From assembly GCA_010093815.1 (NCBI GenBank), contig ML996581.1: a DNA stretch of 64,000 nucleotides; one strand, 5' to 3'. This document shows positions 27,612 to 42,178 of this stretch, piece by piece. Positions within the stretch are counted from its first letter, which is position 1. The number at the start of each line of letters is the position of its first letter. A model generated the notes under the pieces. It saw only the letters and a list, made by a program, of their open reading frames with translations, did not search any database and was not told where the DNA came from. This DNA comes from Pseudovirgaria hyperparasitica (Eukaryota). The translations under genes were made by a program, and so were the position numbers.

Positions 27612-30600
27612 ATAATAATAATAATAATATTGTATAACTAGGTAGAGTAGTACTCTACAGGCCTATGCCTCCTCTAGTCTAAGCCACTATATAAGAAGAA
27701 ACCCTATAGGGAAAAACTTCCTTATATCTATAACTACATCTCGTTAAACCTCTATTTCGTCTTAAGTATATAGCTATAGGGTACGCCTATTAGCCTATAG
27801 CCTATATTACCGTTATTTTACCCTTAGGTAGCACGTATAGGTGCGGAGGTTATTAGTTAAGGGCTGCCCTTAACTAATAATCGGGGTTCTCCCGGGGTTC
27901 TTCCGGTATATATCGGGTTACTACCGGCGTATACCGGGTCTCTTCTAGTATATATTTCTAGGTCCACTAGTACTAGAGGAGTAGTAGATATATAAGCATC
28001 CATCGGGAGACGTCCTTAGGGTACTTATTAAGCTATCGTATAATATCTAAAGTCTTCGTAACGTGGATAAGCCATTACCGTTATATATGGAGGTTAGGGT
28101 ATATAGCTAGATAGTGGCGTATTATACCTCTCCGGCCGCACGCCTTACACCATAGAGATACGTCGGGGACGCCTCTCTTATAGAGGTAGTATAGGAGTCC
28201 CATGGCGCCCGTTCGGGCTTAGATAAGTATAGATGCTTAGACTTTCGTTAGCCCTTTATACATCTATTTACTTAGTTCCTTCTATAGCCCTCGAATCTAC
28301 TCTAGGTACCTATCCTACTAGAAGGTCTAGTAGGTATAGAGTGCCTCTTTCTACTTATCTTAAGTCCACGACCGTATGTTTTTCACGAGTTCTTAAAGGC
28401 TCTACTAGTCTAGGAGAGCGTCCGGGTTATCTCGGACTTCTTATACTACTTAGCTAGAGTCGGCTTCTATTAAGCATCTATACCGTATTCGATTCCGGCC
28501 TATATATAGGAGTACGCGGTAATATATACTAATTCATACACGTAGCGCGGCGAAAGTATATTCTACGTTTCCTATGCGTTCCTATACTTATTATTTAGTG
28601 AAGTATACTACCCTCTATATCTAGTAGAAGTTATATATACTTATAACGTCTGTCTCGCGTCGTAGTAGTACCGTGTTAGTAGCTTTATATACGCCTAATA
28701 TAAGATAGAGTATACGGTTCTATATAGATCCGAGCTTTATTCGCCTAGTCTATATAAGGGCCGTGTACTAGCACTCGTGTCCGTACGTAAAGGCGGGTCG
28801 TGCTATAGATATATATAGCTAGCGTACCTTATCCCGGGCGGTTCCCTATATAGAGGCTATAATCCGTCGTATAGCGGCTTCTACCTAGAGGGCCCTAGAG
28901 ACGGCGTATACCACTTATGGTCCCCATTTAAGCTTACTATCTAGTATGACTCCGAGCGCGCGCATGCTTTATACTAGTAGTTTATTAAATGCGTCGATTC
29001 GGGGGCGTCGTTCGCCTTCTCTAGTTACCTATTTCCCTTAATAATTAATAAAGTGCATAAGCTGGTATTTCTCTAGGGCGAACTTTACTCTATGGCGTTT
29101 TACCTACTAGAGGTACCTCTCGTGGTCCTATTCTAGTCTTCTATACGTTCGGTTAGTATTATTATTAATAGCTAGGAGGTATATATTATTAGCGTATCCG
29201 ACTACCTCTATATACTTTATTCCTTAAAGAAGGTCTACCGTAAAGAAGAGGAATAGGATCGGAGAGATGGTGCTCCCTTATAGAATGCCGCATACCGTCT
29301 CTTTATATTCGCTTTAGTATCTAGGAATATATATCTAAGTTATTCTTCCTATGAGGAATGACTATATAAAGCGTATAATCCATTCTAGTATTCGTCTTAT
29401 CCGGAGGTTATAAATAAGTCTTATATGGTTTACCTTATCAAACGCTCCGGCTATATCGAGGGAGAGGAGCGATACTACCCGTCCCTACTTCTATGCGGCC
29501 TAGACGACTTTAATAATATATTAGATAGCTATTATTAGGGAGCTATCTATCTTTACCTTCTAGTTTGGAGGGAGGAGATTATATTCCTATACCGCGGTAC
29601 TTATCTTCTTCGCTATTATAGCCTCTAGTATCTTACCTAGGTAGGAGAGAAGGGCGATTGGTCTCTATCCCTTTAGGGAGTTAGGGCTCTTTCCTAGTTT
29701 CGGGAGTATGATGGTATAGGCGACTTAGAAGTACTAGGGGTAGTACCCCTGCGTGACGCATGCTTAGAATATACGAGTAATAAGTGGTAGGGTCGCCTTT
29801 ATAGTTCTTTTTAGGTATTGATTTAGAATTCCATCTGGTCCGGGTGCTTTATTATTTGGGAGTATCTTAATAATATTAAGTATATCCTCCTCCGTAACTT
29901 CTTTAGGGATGTCTACCGTATATAGGTATTCGGCGTCGTGAACGTCTAATAGGTCTACTAGTTCCGGGAGAGGGAATATGGCCTCCCGTAGGGCCTTAGT
30001 TTTCTTAAGGCTCGTGGAGTATGTTCTCCCCTAATATATTAGGGGAGGCATAAGTGGCGGGGGTGTCGGAGTGTCTACGCCCTTAGCCCATTTCGCTATA
30101 CGCCATAGCCCTATTACATATCGTGTCTATTAACTAGTAATTATACGCCACTATTTACGCCTTTTATTATAGAGGACTTTATCGCGTTATTATATCGCTT
30201 TCTTCTATTCTTTCTACGACTCGGGTATTCTCGTACGGTATATATATCTATATAGCCTTTAGGCGTCTTATCTACTTTCCCGTACTTAAGGAATCCCCTT
30301 TACTTCCGGGGGCTAGTATATTCGGTATAGTACGTGTTTATTTCTCGCATTCTAGTATATTTATAGGAGTATCTATACGGCCTAGTCTATAGCTAGGTTA
30401 TTAGATATATCGACTATAGAGGGATCTAAGATCGCCGATTCCAGGTCCTTCAGGTACTTTTCCTAGTTAGTATCCTTCTATATCTATCGTCCCCGTTATT
30501 TATTCGGGGTATATATATTTATTACGGTTTCTATATATTCGTGGTCGGAATCCGTCTATACCTGGCCTAGGCGGTAGTATTAGATCCGGTAACTAATATG

Positions 30601-32889
30601 CTCTGTGGCGAAGGTAAGGTTAAGCGTGGACCCGTCTTCGTCCTATTTATGTTTTTTCTATATAACTTATTCTATAGGTATAAGTAGGTATAGGAAGTCG
30701 TAGTAGCGGGTGCGTAGTTCCCTTACTCTAAGTTCTTCCCTAACCACGGCTAGGCCTCCCTACTATCGGTAGTAGAGGTTAAAGTCTCCTAGAAGGATAT
30801 ATTACCCTAGTTCTATAGTACCCTCGAGCATCTTATCTAGTATAAGTATACGTTATTAGTTATATATGTTATATATATATAGGGGGCCTATATCTATTTA
30901 TAGGTATAGTATTATTCTAAGGTTATCGCGCTCGGTATACGACTATAATAAGAGTAGTATTAATCTATAAATATGGAAGAGGACTTATCTTTCTAGTCCT
31001 AGAGGGTATATAGTATGGTATCCGGGGTGTGTGGTTGGTTTACTCGTCTAGTAGTATTTATAGGGTTCCTAGATGGCGAGTATTATAGCCCCGGTCTCTT
31101 CGAGGAGCGTCGCCTAGTTCTCTCTTTTATATTATATATTTACCTATATAATTTAGAGTATATTCTAGTCCCTTATTAGGTACTAGGGAGTATATATACC
31201 TATATGCTTATTCCTTAGAGGCGCGACTATCCTCGCGCGGTAGCGGCTTTAACTATGCCTTTTGGTCGTCCCATCGTCTTCGGGATAATCTACTATCCCG
31301 TCTAACTACCTTCCGGAGGGGAGGTTAGGGGTGTTATAAAGGAAGGGCCCGAGGTAGGTATTATATTCTATAACTATCTCGCGCCTCTCGCTTTTATCGT
31401 GCGAATATATTCTATAACCTATTTACGTTTTATGCACGTTAACGACCATAACGGGTGTTTCCCGTCGTAGTTTAAATACTATACTATATCCCTATTTCTT
31501 AGCCCTTCTCCTCGCGGTTTATAAGGGTACTCCTAGGTAGCGTGGTCCCCACGGTACTATCCGCACTTAGTCTTCTATAAGCACCTTTATATAGTATGTC
31601 CATACCCTTAGCAGTTAAAGTACTATATTATTACCTATGCCCTATCCCATGGCTCGGCCATAAGGAGCTCTCCTTCTACTAGGAATCCCTCCTATATAAT
31701 ATGTTATACGAGGGCGGGGTCTCGGAGCTCTATAATTATAGTAGAGTATTTTTTCGCCGTCGTCTTAATCGTCTATAGGTTCTTCTACCACGCTTTCATA
31801 AACTTAATCCCTAGGTATTTTCGCGTGTTAGATTATTCTATACGCGTAATATCCTCCGCTCCGATAGCCTATCCCCGTACGGGTACTAAGTATACCTATA
31901 TCGGGTATATGGCCGCCCTAATAGAGGCGCCTAGGAAGATACTACTAATCGCGTTCGGATCGCGCGAGATAGTCTACTACACGATATTTATTATCGTGGT
32001 AAGTACTACTCCTCCTAGCGTGAGTTTAGCGGCGACGATATTTAACTATATTCCCTTTTATTCGTTAATCTTACTTACTATATCCTTTAGGGATGCTCGC
32101 TAGACCTATACTAGAGTATCCTTATCCTAGATTATAACGCGTATACTATACGCCGCGTCGCTGGTCCGGGGGGCCCGTAGTATAGCTTCCGGTATTACTA
32201 CTATTTATGCCTATATGCTAGGGCGCTTACCTTAAGTAAGTTCCTCCTAGATTCTATGTAGGCTAGCCTCTATTCGGTCGAGCCTACCCTCCGGTCCTCC
32301 TAGTTATATCTTCTTCTCCTCCTCCGTAATTCCCCTTAGGTTCCGGATAAGGTCCTAGAATATATATAGAAGGGTCTTCTAGCCCTCTCCGGCTTCCTTC
32401 TCTACACGTACTACCTAGTAGTTAATATAATCTAGGAGGGTTTCCCCTCTCGGGGTCCCCTTTATTCCGCCTATCTATAGCGGCGTGCGCCTTTAGATAT
32501 ATTCTACGTTTTAGATAGGTATATAGCTACCCTCGGTAATATCGCTATATGGCCTTTTCTATCGTACTGGTGGGGGTATATCTAGTATATGCCGGGGTAT
32601 ATCGGTGCCTAAGGCCGCTATATTTATTAGTTAAGGGCTACCCTTAACTAATAAAAGGGGGTCGGCGTATCAGCGTTCTAGTAGCGTGGTCCGTGCCTCT
32701 ATCTCCGTAAGGATTTTAAGAGGGTATATATATATCTTTATACGGTAATAACGTCTTGGTTTCGACGCTACACGTACGTGCGTGTAGTAGTAGTTAGTAT
32801 ACTCGGTATACTCTATCGATTAAGGTGTGTATCTCGCTATATTACCCCGAATAGACCAAGTTAGCCTCTTGGGGATGTAAAAGAAGTCC
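27612..32889 (-). mobile_element. Full-length Tad1-like LINE (non-LTR retrotransposon), RIP-mutated
   Basis: 15-bp TSD TAATAATATTATATA at 27597-27611 and 32890-32904; (ATT)n tail at about 27612-27630. ORF1 zinc knuckle QCFNCQGYGH (~31590-31630); APE motifs LAIQE (~31065-31080) and ILLGDFNLH (~30773-30800); RT motifs RPIALLSYLGK (~29630-29670), LSLDIAGAFDKV (~29430-29468), GIPQGSTISPILF (~29250-29290), GYADD (~29190); C-terminal CCHC (~28090-28150). Confidence 0.92.
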
Positions 32890-33500
32890 TAATAATATTA
32901 TATAGATTTAATTAGATATACATATAAATATAACGCTTATAGAATTATAGATTTATATATAGCTAAGTACTTTAGAGTAAAGTATAAAAAGAAGAAGAAT
33001 ATTATTAGGGCTAATACTAGAATAGACTTAACTAGACTACTATAGTCTAGTATAGTCCGTAATAGATAGACCTAGGTTAAGCTAGCTAGAATAAGCGAGA
33101 CTACTATATAAGTAGACCGTATATACTTAATTTCTACTCTTTAGAAATTAACCTCGTTAGAAGAGTAGACTACCCTTTTAAATATATTCCCAAATCCTTC
33201 TATAACCTATTAGACTACTATTCTACGTCTATAATCCTTATATCTAGTCTAAAAGAGAAAATAGAAGAAGGTTAAAATAGACCTTAATAAGTAATTTATA
33301 AATATTATATATATAAAGAAGGCTATAGATAAGGAGAAGAAGGAGGCGGTAGTAGAGGTAGTTTAAGCCATTAAACGTGCGGAAAAGCTTAAGAAATTAG
33401 AGACTTAATTACTATAGACTAGATAGATAGCCTCTAAGGAGGTATATAAGGCTTATTTATATGAATTCCCTCTGTTTTGAGTATATAGTTATTAATATAG

Positions 33501-35293
<1,793 letters not shown>

Positions 35294-35730
35294 AGTGTGA
35301 TGCACACGTCGTGAACGTGGTAATTAGACTGGAGGGGGTCTTTGAAAGGGGGGGGAAAGGTTAGAGATAGAGGGAGATATAAAGGCGCTTTGATCCTGGT
35401 CAAAATCAAACAATTTCAACTTGAAATTCAGAGACTGGTTCGAGTTCGATCTGGTTTGTTTGGCTGATAGACAGACAATAAAACAGTTTTTGTGGACGTG
35501 AGCGTCATAGTGAACGTGAATAGATTGGGAACTGGGAATTGGGAACTGGAAATTGGGGAATTGGGGAATTGGGAATTGGGAATTGGGATCAGAGTGTCGA
35601 GACTAGGGCGTCAAGATCAGAGACTCAAGGCTGGAGAGTCAAGGCTGGAGAGTCAAGACTGGGCATTTGGATTATGAAATGGAAGATCCAAGATCAATTT
35701 GGGGCGGTGGATATTTCTGTCTGCATATGC

Positions 35731-35874
35731 ATGAATCGAAGAATGAATCGAAGAATGAATCGAAGAATGAATCGAAGAATGAATCGAAGAATNNNNNNNN
35801 NNNNNNNNNNNNATGAATCGAAGAATGAATCGAAGAATGAATCGAAGAATGAATCGAAGAATGAATCGAAGAAT
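35731..35874. repeat. (ATGAATCGAAGA)n 12-bp tandem repeat spanning an assembly gap
   Basis: About 5 units on each side of 20 Ns at 35793-35812; true length unknown. Confidence 0.95.
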
Positions 35875-36378
35875 AAATTGAATAAATATATATCCGCCAA
35901 CCCCATCATCCCAACCCATCATCACACCCCCAATTCCTTTCCACCCCAAAATGTCAGTCAGGGTGTTAGTAGACCCACGACAATATCCACCCCCCAATCC
36001 CTATCCCTCTCCCTCTCCACCCAACTAATACCAAAGATCAGACAGACCCCAGGACTTAAATCATATATCCTTCCTTCTACCGTCAAGCAAGACTCCGCAC
36101 CATTTCCCCATACACTCAGATCGGAAATACGCCATTGTCGTGCGACATGAGCATCTTTCTTGCTGCTGCTGCTGGTGCTGCTACGGGAGGAGAGATTTCG
36201 GACTCCTTTATGGCATTTCATTTTATCTTTTGATGTTGCGTACCCTACCATACCATACCACACCATACCATACCATACCACACCAGTCTCGCATGCATGC
36301 ATACCTATCATACACCCTCTCCTCTCCCATCGCCCTCTCCATACCCCTTACTCCCCCCTCCCCTCAACCAACCCCCCA

Positions 36379-39300
36379 TCAAAGCCCAAACCCCTCAAGC
36401 CACGCCGTCGCCACACCCAGCGCCTCATCCACCCTGCGCACCTCCGTGCCCTGTCCAATCGCCGTAGCCGGGGGTTTCCCACCCGCCTTGCCACCGACAA
36501 CCGCGCTAACGGCCTTGGACCATTCTGCTGCTGTTGCGCCTTTTGATGTGTATTGCTATTGTGTCTGAGTTAGTACCTACGAAGATAGATTGTTGGGAGG
36601 GGGAAAAAAGATAGAGGAGGAGGAAAAGGGGGAAAGGGGGGGGGACATACCGCGCCCACATAGCAGCCATGCACGACCTTGCCCTCGGCCTCATCCGCGG
36701 CGAGCAGATAGACTGCGTTATCCTTGTTCTTGGTGCTGACGGATTTGATGGCTTCGCTGATGGTTTTGTTGACGGTTGGGCTGTAGGGGATTTTGGTGAC
36801 TAGGAAGGGGGTCTTTTCCTTCTCCTTTTCTTCTGCACCATCCTTCGTGTCACCAGAACCGAAATGCCCGGCAACAATATCCAGGACGCGCTTGAGCTCC
36901 GCCTTGGCAGCAGCCTTTTGCTCGTCCAGGATCGCCTTGCCCACCGCCGCAAAGCGCGTCCTGAACTCGGACTTGCGCACGGCCGAAATGTCGAGCATGT
37001 CCAGCTCCTTCTGCGTCGCCTTTGCACGCCGTTCCTTGTCGGGCCCAAACGGCATCTTCTCCAGCGCGGTGAGCGTAGTGGCAAACTCGTCGGCCAGGCG
37101 CTGGACATCGTACGCGGCCTGGCCCGTGACCGCAACGATGCGCCGCACGCCCTTTGCGATGCCGATTTCCTCCTTGATGACGAGCTCCTTGATGTCGCCC
37201 GTCTTGTCGACGTGGGTGCCGCCGCAGAACTCGACGCTGACGTTGCGCCACTCCGGGTTCGCGACGTCCTGGAGGAGGTCCTCGACGGGCACGCCGACGG
37301 AGACGACGCGGACGGGGTCCGGGTATGTTTCGCCGAAGACGGCGCGGACGCCCTGGATCTGCTTTGCGGTGGCGAGCGGGACGTCGGTGGCGTAGACCTG
37401 GACGTTTTGGCGGATGTATTTTGTGGACTTGTCTTCGATTTGCTGGAGGTCGGCGTCGGATATGCCGGCCTTGTGGGAGAAGTCGAAGCGGAGCTTCTCC
37501 GGGGCGACGAGCGAGCCTTTCTGGTTGATGTCGTCGCCGAGGACTTCGCGGAGGGCGTAGTTGAGGATGTGCGTGCCCGTGTGGTTGTTGCGGATTGGAG
37601 CGCGGCGGAGCTCTTCGAATTGGCATGTTACTTCGTCGCCCACAGAGAGGTTGCCATACTTCATGGCGCCAGTGTGCAACACATAGCCGGCGTAGACTTG
37701 TGCGTTCTCGACGTCAAGCTCGGCCACGCCATCGATCAGTATACTGCCGGTGTCGTACTCCTGACCACCCTGTTCCGCGTAGAAACACGTCTTGTCCAGC
37801 AGCAGGCCTAGCTGCTCTCCTTCCGGCACCTCCGATGTAGACTGGAGGAACTGTCGGTTGTGGTAGATTGCCTTGACATGCGCGGTGATATTGCTCTTGC
37901 CGAACTTTGCGCTATCGTCCGTTTTTGGGACGTCTGGCATCTGCTCCAACGCACCCAGATCGTGGACGTCCAGCTTGATCAGATCGGACGCTGCCTTCTT
38001 CGTGCCCTTGCTCGCCTCACGTGCCTTCTCTCGTGCTTCGTTGACTTCGGCCTCGTTGATGCTTAGTCCTCGCTCCTTGGCCATGAGGTCGGTAAGATCT
38101 TCCGGAAATCCATACGTATCATACAGCCGCCACACTTGCCAGCCAGGCAGGACATTTGAGCCTTTCGCCTCGGCTTCTCGGGCGTACTTGGCGAACTGCA
38201 CCTCACCCCGATCCAGTGTCTTTGCAAAGGACAGTTCTTCCTCGTCGAGAATCTCTTTGATGTCCGACTCCTTCTTCTTAATCTCGGGAAACATCGCCCC
38301 CATGTGCTCGATGACCGTCGGCACGAGCTGCGAGAAGAAGCTGCCAATCTCAACGTTGAGGTTCTTTCTGGCAAAACGGGCTCCACGCCGCAGCACTCGT
38401 CGCACTACATAGCCCCTTCCAGTCGCGTTTGGTACAGCACCGTCTGCAATCGCAAAGGTCAATAACCGCACATGGTCGGCAACGATACGGTACGTGGTAT
38501 CAATGTCGTCCGGGTCCTCTGCGCCAAACTTCCCCTGATACTCCCTCACACCTGTAATCTCATTGATCCGCTGAAAAAGGGGTGTAAAGACGTCGGTGTC
38601 GTAGTTTGACATCTTATCCTGCAAGACCGAAACTAACCGCTCAAACCCCATACCGGTATCGACATGCTTGTTTGGCAGAGACTTCAGACTCTTGTCACTC
38701 TCTCGATTGTACTGAATGAAGACGTTGTTCCAGATCTCAAGCACATTCGGATCGTCCATGTTCACCAAATGCGCAGCGTTGCGGCCGCCGATACGGTCGT
38801 AGTGAATCTCGCTACACGGACCACACGGACCTTGATCGCCCATCTCCCAGAAGTTGTCCTTCATGTTGCCCCCTAGAATGTGATCCTCAGGCACTCCTAC
38901 AGACTTCCAGAGCTCCTTGGCCTCCAAGTCCGGCTCCATGCCCTCGGAGCCCTCAAAGTACGTCACATATAGGCGGTCTGCTGGGATCGCATAGGTTTCC
39001 GTGAGCAGTTTCCATGAAAACTCAATCGCCTCTTTCTTGAAGTAGTCGCCGAAGCTCCAATTGCCCAACATCTCGAAGAAGGTGTGGTGATAACTATCCC
39101 TGCCAACGTCGTCGAGGTCGTTGTGTTTGCCACCAGCACGTATACATTTTTGCGAGTTGACCGCACGCTTCAGCGTAGCAAAATCTGACTGGGGATCGAC
39201 CGTTCCTAGGAATATAGACTTATATTGGTTCATGCCCGCATTGGTAAAGAGTAGAGTGGGATCTGAGAGGGGCACAACGGATGAAGAAGGCACTATGTGA

Positions 39301-39636
39301 TATCCATATTAGCTTTGACTGTCACAAATGTTGCAGAGAATCAAGCATGGCATCTCGAATTTCCCTTGGCTTACCGAAAGTGTGCCCGCTCTTCTTGAAA
39401 TATTCCAGAAAGGTCTCCCGCACGCGCACAGCGGACCACTCGGGCTTCTTCTCAACAAGAGAAGCCATCGTGCGCAAATGTGAGACTGTCGAAAGCCCTG
39501 GAAAGTGTAGCAACGGCAGAGCAAACCTCAATGGTCGATGTTGTGGGATTCGATGCGCCGTGGACAGCGGCAGAACATTCGAGGCACCGTGACTCAAACT
39601 GGAGCTGCTCCTCCACCGCAAACCCCGTCCAAGCAT
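36379..39636 (-). CDS. ALA1: Alanyl-tRNA synthetase (mitochondrial and cytosolic starts)
   Basis: [70 protein letters not shown]; editing motifs NHTGTH and EFCGGTH; introns 39293-39374 and about 36556-36650; last exon VGGKAGGK...LEGFGL*. ATGs at 39636 and 39468. Confidence 0.97.
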
Positions 39637-39795
39637 TCACCTCTTAGCGCGCCAGTGTTCTGCTCAATCAAAGCTGTCTAAGGCGTTTGCGGTATTGATA
39701 ACAAAGCCCAATACGAACAAGTGGTCAATCAGAAGTTCTTTGCTCGATAATCAGGTTCTGCGGTCAAGCGTGCGAGGTGGGATGGGACAAAGGTG

Positions 39796-40521
39796 ATGGC
39801 AACCTCTCGCGCCGAGGACTCCAGCAATCGCAACGCAACGCGCCCAGCAACGCACGGCATCAAACGATCTGCGGCAGATCCTCTCGAAAACGACCAGCGA
39901 CTAGCAAAGCGCTTCGATCTTCTAAACATAGGTACGGGCACGGGGTGTAATAGCAGAAGTATGCCTTGCGACTGACTTCAATCCCTAGACCATCATGGGA
40001 AGCGATATATCCCCATCGCCGCATACGGACAACAAGAACGACATCCTGAAAATGCGCAACAGTCGGAACCACGAGCGGACGCAAACTCCAGCACAGAATA
40101 CATGCAGGTAGAAGACACGCCGCACAAAGTTTACGTCTATGACTTGGACAAGGAGCTTGCAGATCTCGAATCGGATGACGAGACTCCCATCTTCCTTCCC
40201 GATATCGAGAAACACCTGATCAAGATACCCAAGCATGTTCTTCGCGACGAGAAAGAGCTATTGCCTACCAGGACAAACCAACTAGTTCTATACAATGTCC
40301 CATCTTCGCTGACCGTGCAGGAGGAGGAACAAGACAAAGTAAAAAAGGCTATTGCTGAAGCAAGAGCTAGAGTGAAGGATTGGCCAGCCACTCAGCCGAA
40401 CAAGTTTACCGACTACAACATGACCGTCGGCAGCCATTTAGCAAGGGACCCCCCGAGTAAACCTACAGGATGGCAAACAGCCGAATGTGACTCCGAGGCC
40501 ATGGATATCGAAGAGCTGTAG
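39796..40521 (+). CDS. Fungal hypothetical protein
   Basis: Exon 1 MATSR...KRSAADPLENDQRLAKRFDLLNI, intron about 39932-39988, then MQVEDTPHKVYVYDLDKEL...FLPDIEK...LVLYNVPSSL...KAIAEARAR...EAMDIEEL. Confidence 0.75.
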
Positions 40522-40802
40522 CGGGGATACCGATATGTAGTCTATATTTATGAAGTTATTGCATATCTACCATATTTCAGTCTAGCCAAATGTAGATATT
40601 CGCAGTTGTACTTTGCAGAAACTGTGTCGCATGTGAAGTTGCTGCCGAAACAGAAAACAGTATGCCTCCTTCAATGATAAATATATCGAAGCCTTACGAT
40701 ATCCACGCTCAATCGTGCCTCTCTTTAAGGACTTTGCCTCGTCCAATGGGACTCTCAGAGTGCTCCGTTCCAGGGACGAGGTGAATTGCAAACACCGACT
40801 AA

Positions 40803-41443
40803 TCACTTCGACCTCCGTTCGCCAAGGAACCTCAGAGCATCCGTAACCCGCGCGACTCTCGTCTTTGCTCTTGGTGGCAATTGGGGCTCGTTGGATGCGC
40901 TGTTAAAGCCATGACCCTCGGCTCCTTGATGCATAGCACCAAAGTTTTGCACCGGGTCTGCCTTCGTCGCACCACTCGGAGGGGCGTATTGAGGTGGCAT
41001 GTCGCCATTATATAGTGGTGGTGGCTCCGGGTGGTTCTGCATGCCGTAGACTTGATAGCCTGGTTGAGTCTGATAGAACGTAAAATGATCATGCGGCTCG
41101 AATTGAGCCCGTTGAGATCGAGGGATCAGCCACTGCAGCGTTGTTAGCTTCGTGAATTGAAGACCTTGGCAATGTAACCTACCCGATGATATGCGAGCGG
41201 TCGTAGACCCTTTCTCATTCGACTTCGGGCATGGATATAGCCTGCCACGATCCAGGCGAACACTCCGAAGAATAATATCAAGAACACGACCCACTTTACG
41301 ATGTATCCAGTCTATTTGGTCAGCCTTCAGACGAAAGTCATACTGATGATTGAGGGACGGACCTTGGAATGCCAGAAACCATCTGGAATCTCGTAGATGT
41401 TGCCGAACTCGTCCTGCACCAGTTCTCTCTTGCCAACGAACAT
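40803..41443 (-). CDS. Single-pass membrane protein with PY motifs, Rcr1/Rcr2-like (possible Rsp5 adaptor)
   Basis: Three exons: MFVGKRELVQDEFG...WHSK / TGYIVKWVVFLILFFGVFAWIVAGYIHARSRMRKGLRPLAYHR / WLIPR...PPPLY...PPQYAPP. Confidence 0.7.
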
Positions 41444-42178
41444 GACTACTATGTATCTATGACAAACGTATGGCCAGAACACGGAGCGACGGAGCGTGCT
41501 GAGATTGTGAACCTCTCGAAGGCTGCTAGCGAGCTGTAGGGCTTACGAGGTTTGCTGGAATTGAGGAGAGGAGAAGGACGAATGAGATATGGAGAGGTCC
41601 CGGCGTGGCGGGTAGGATATGTGACGGGAGACGTTTCGAGAGTGTCGGGACAAAGGAGGGATGTGGGTTCTGCTTCGTGTAGCAAAAAGAGAAATCGACG
41701 GAACAAGGGGAGCAAGAATAACAACCAGACTTTGGAGTATGATGGTCTCAATGAGTGAATGAAGTAGGTTGATTGGGGCACATTAATGAATGGCAGTCTT
41801 CTTAGACAAAAATAGGATATGGGGAAGGCGGAGTGTATCAAGAGAGACAAGAGACGACCCCTTGTCGATCTCCAGACGCTGGCGCCAGCTCTAAAACGCG
41901 CGGCTTTCTTATGCAGGGTCTTCGGTTCGGGGCGCCTCCAAGGCACAGACTCGCCCCATATTTCTTTTGATACCAACCAGCTTGAAAGTCGCTCAACGGA
42001 GTCTCGAGAATGTGCCTTGGGCGGACCCTGACATGTGTAAAAATACAATCAGTACAATCAGTGCTGATGGGGAGAAGAGGTGATTCAGACACTAGCAGTA
42101 CATGGATTATCGCAATGAACAATTGTTTTCACGACACAAGAGCCTTCACATCGCACGTCATGTAAATCAGAAATCACT

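Noticed and set aside
27866..27910. De-RIPed CTGATGA suggests a hammerhead ribozyme core
   Set aside because: The motif is itself locked in the palindrome stem and I could not find a GAAA partner or three-stem junction; the de-RIPed sequence is also only inferred.
36793..37811. Long antisense and alternate-frame ORFs over ALA1 (similar ones over DUS2, FAN1 and LMBR1-like)
   Set aside because: Shadow ORFs expected from very high GC3; no independent domain signal.
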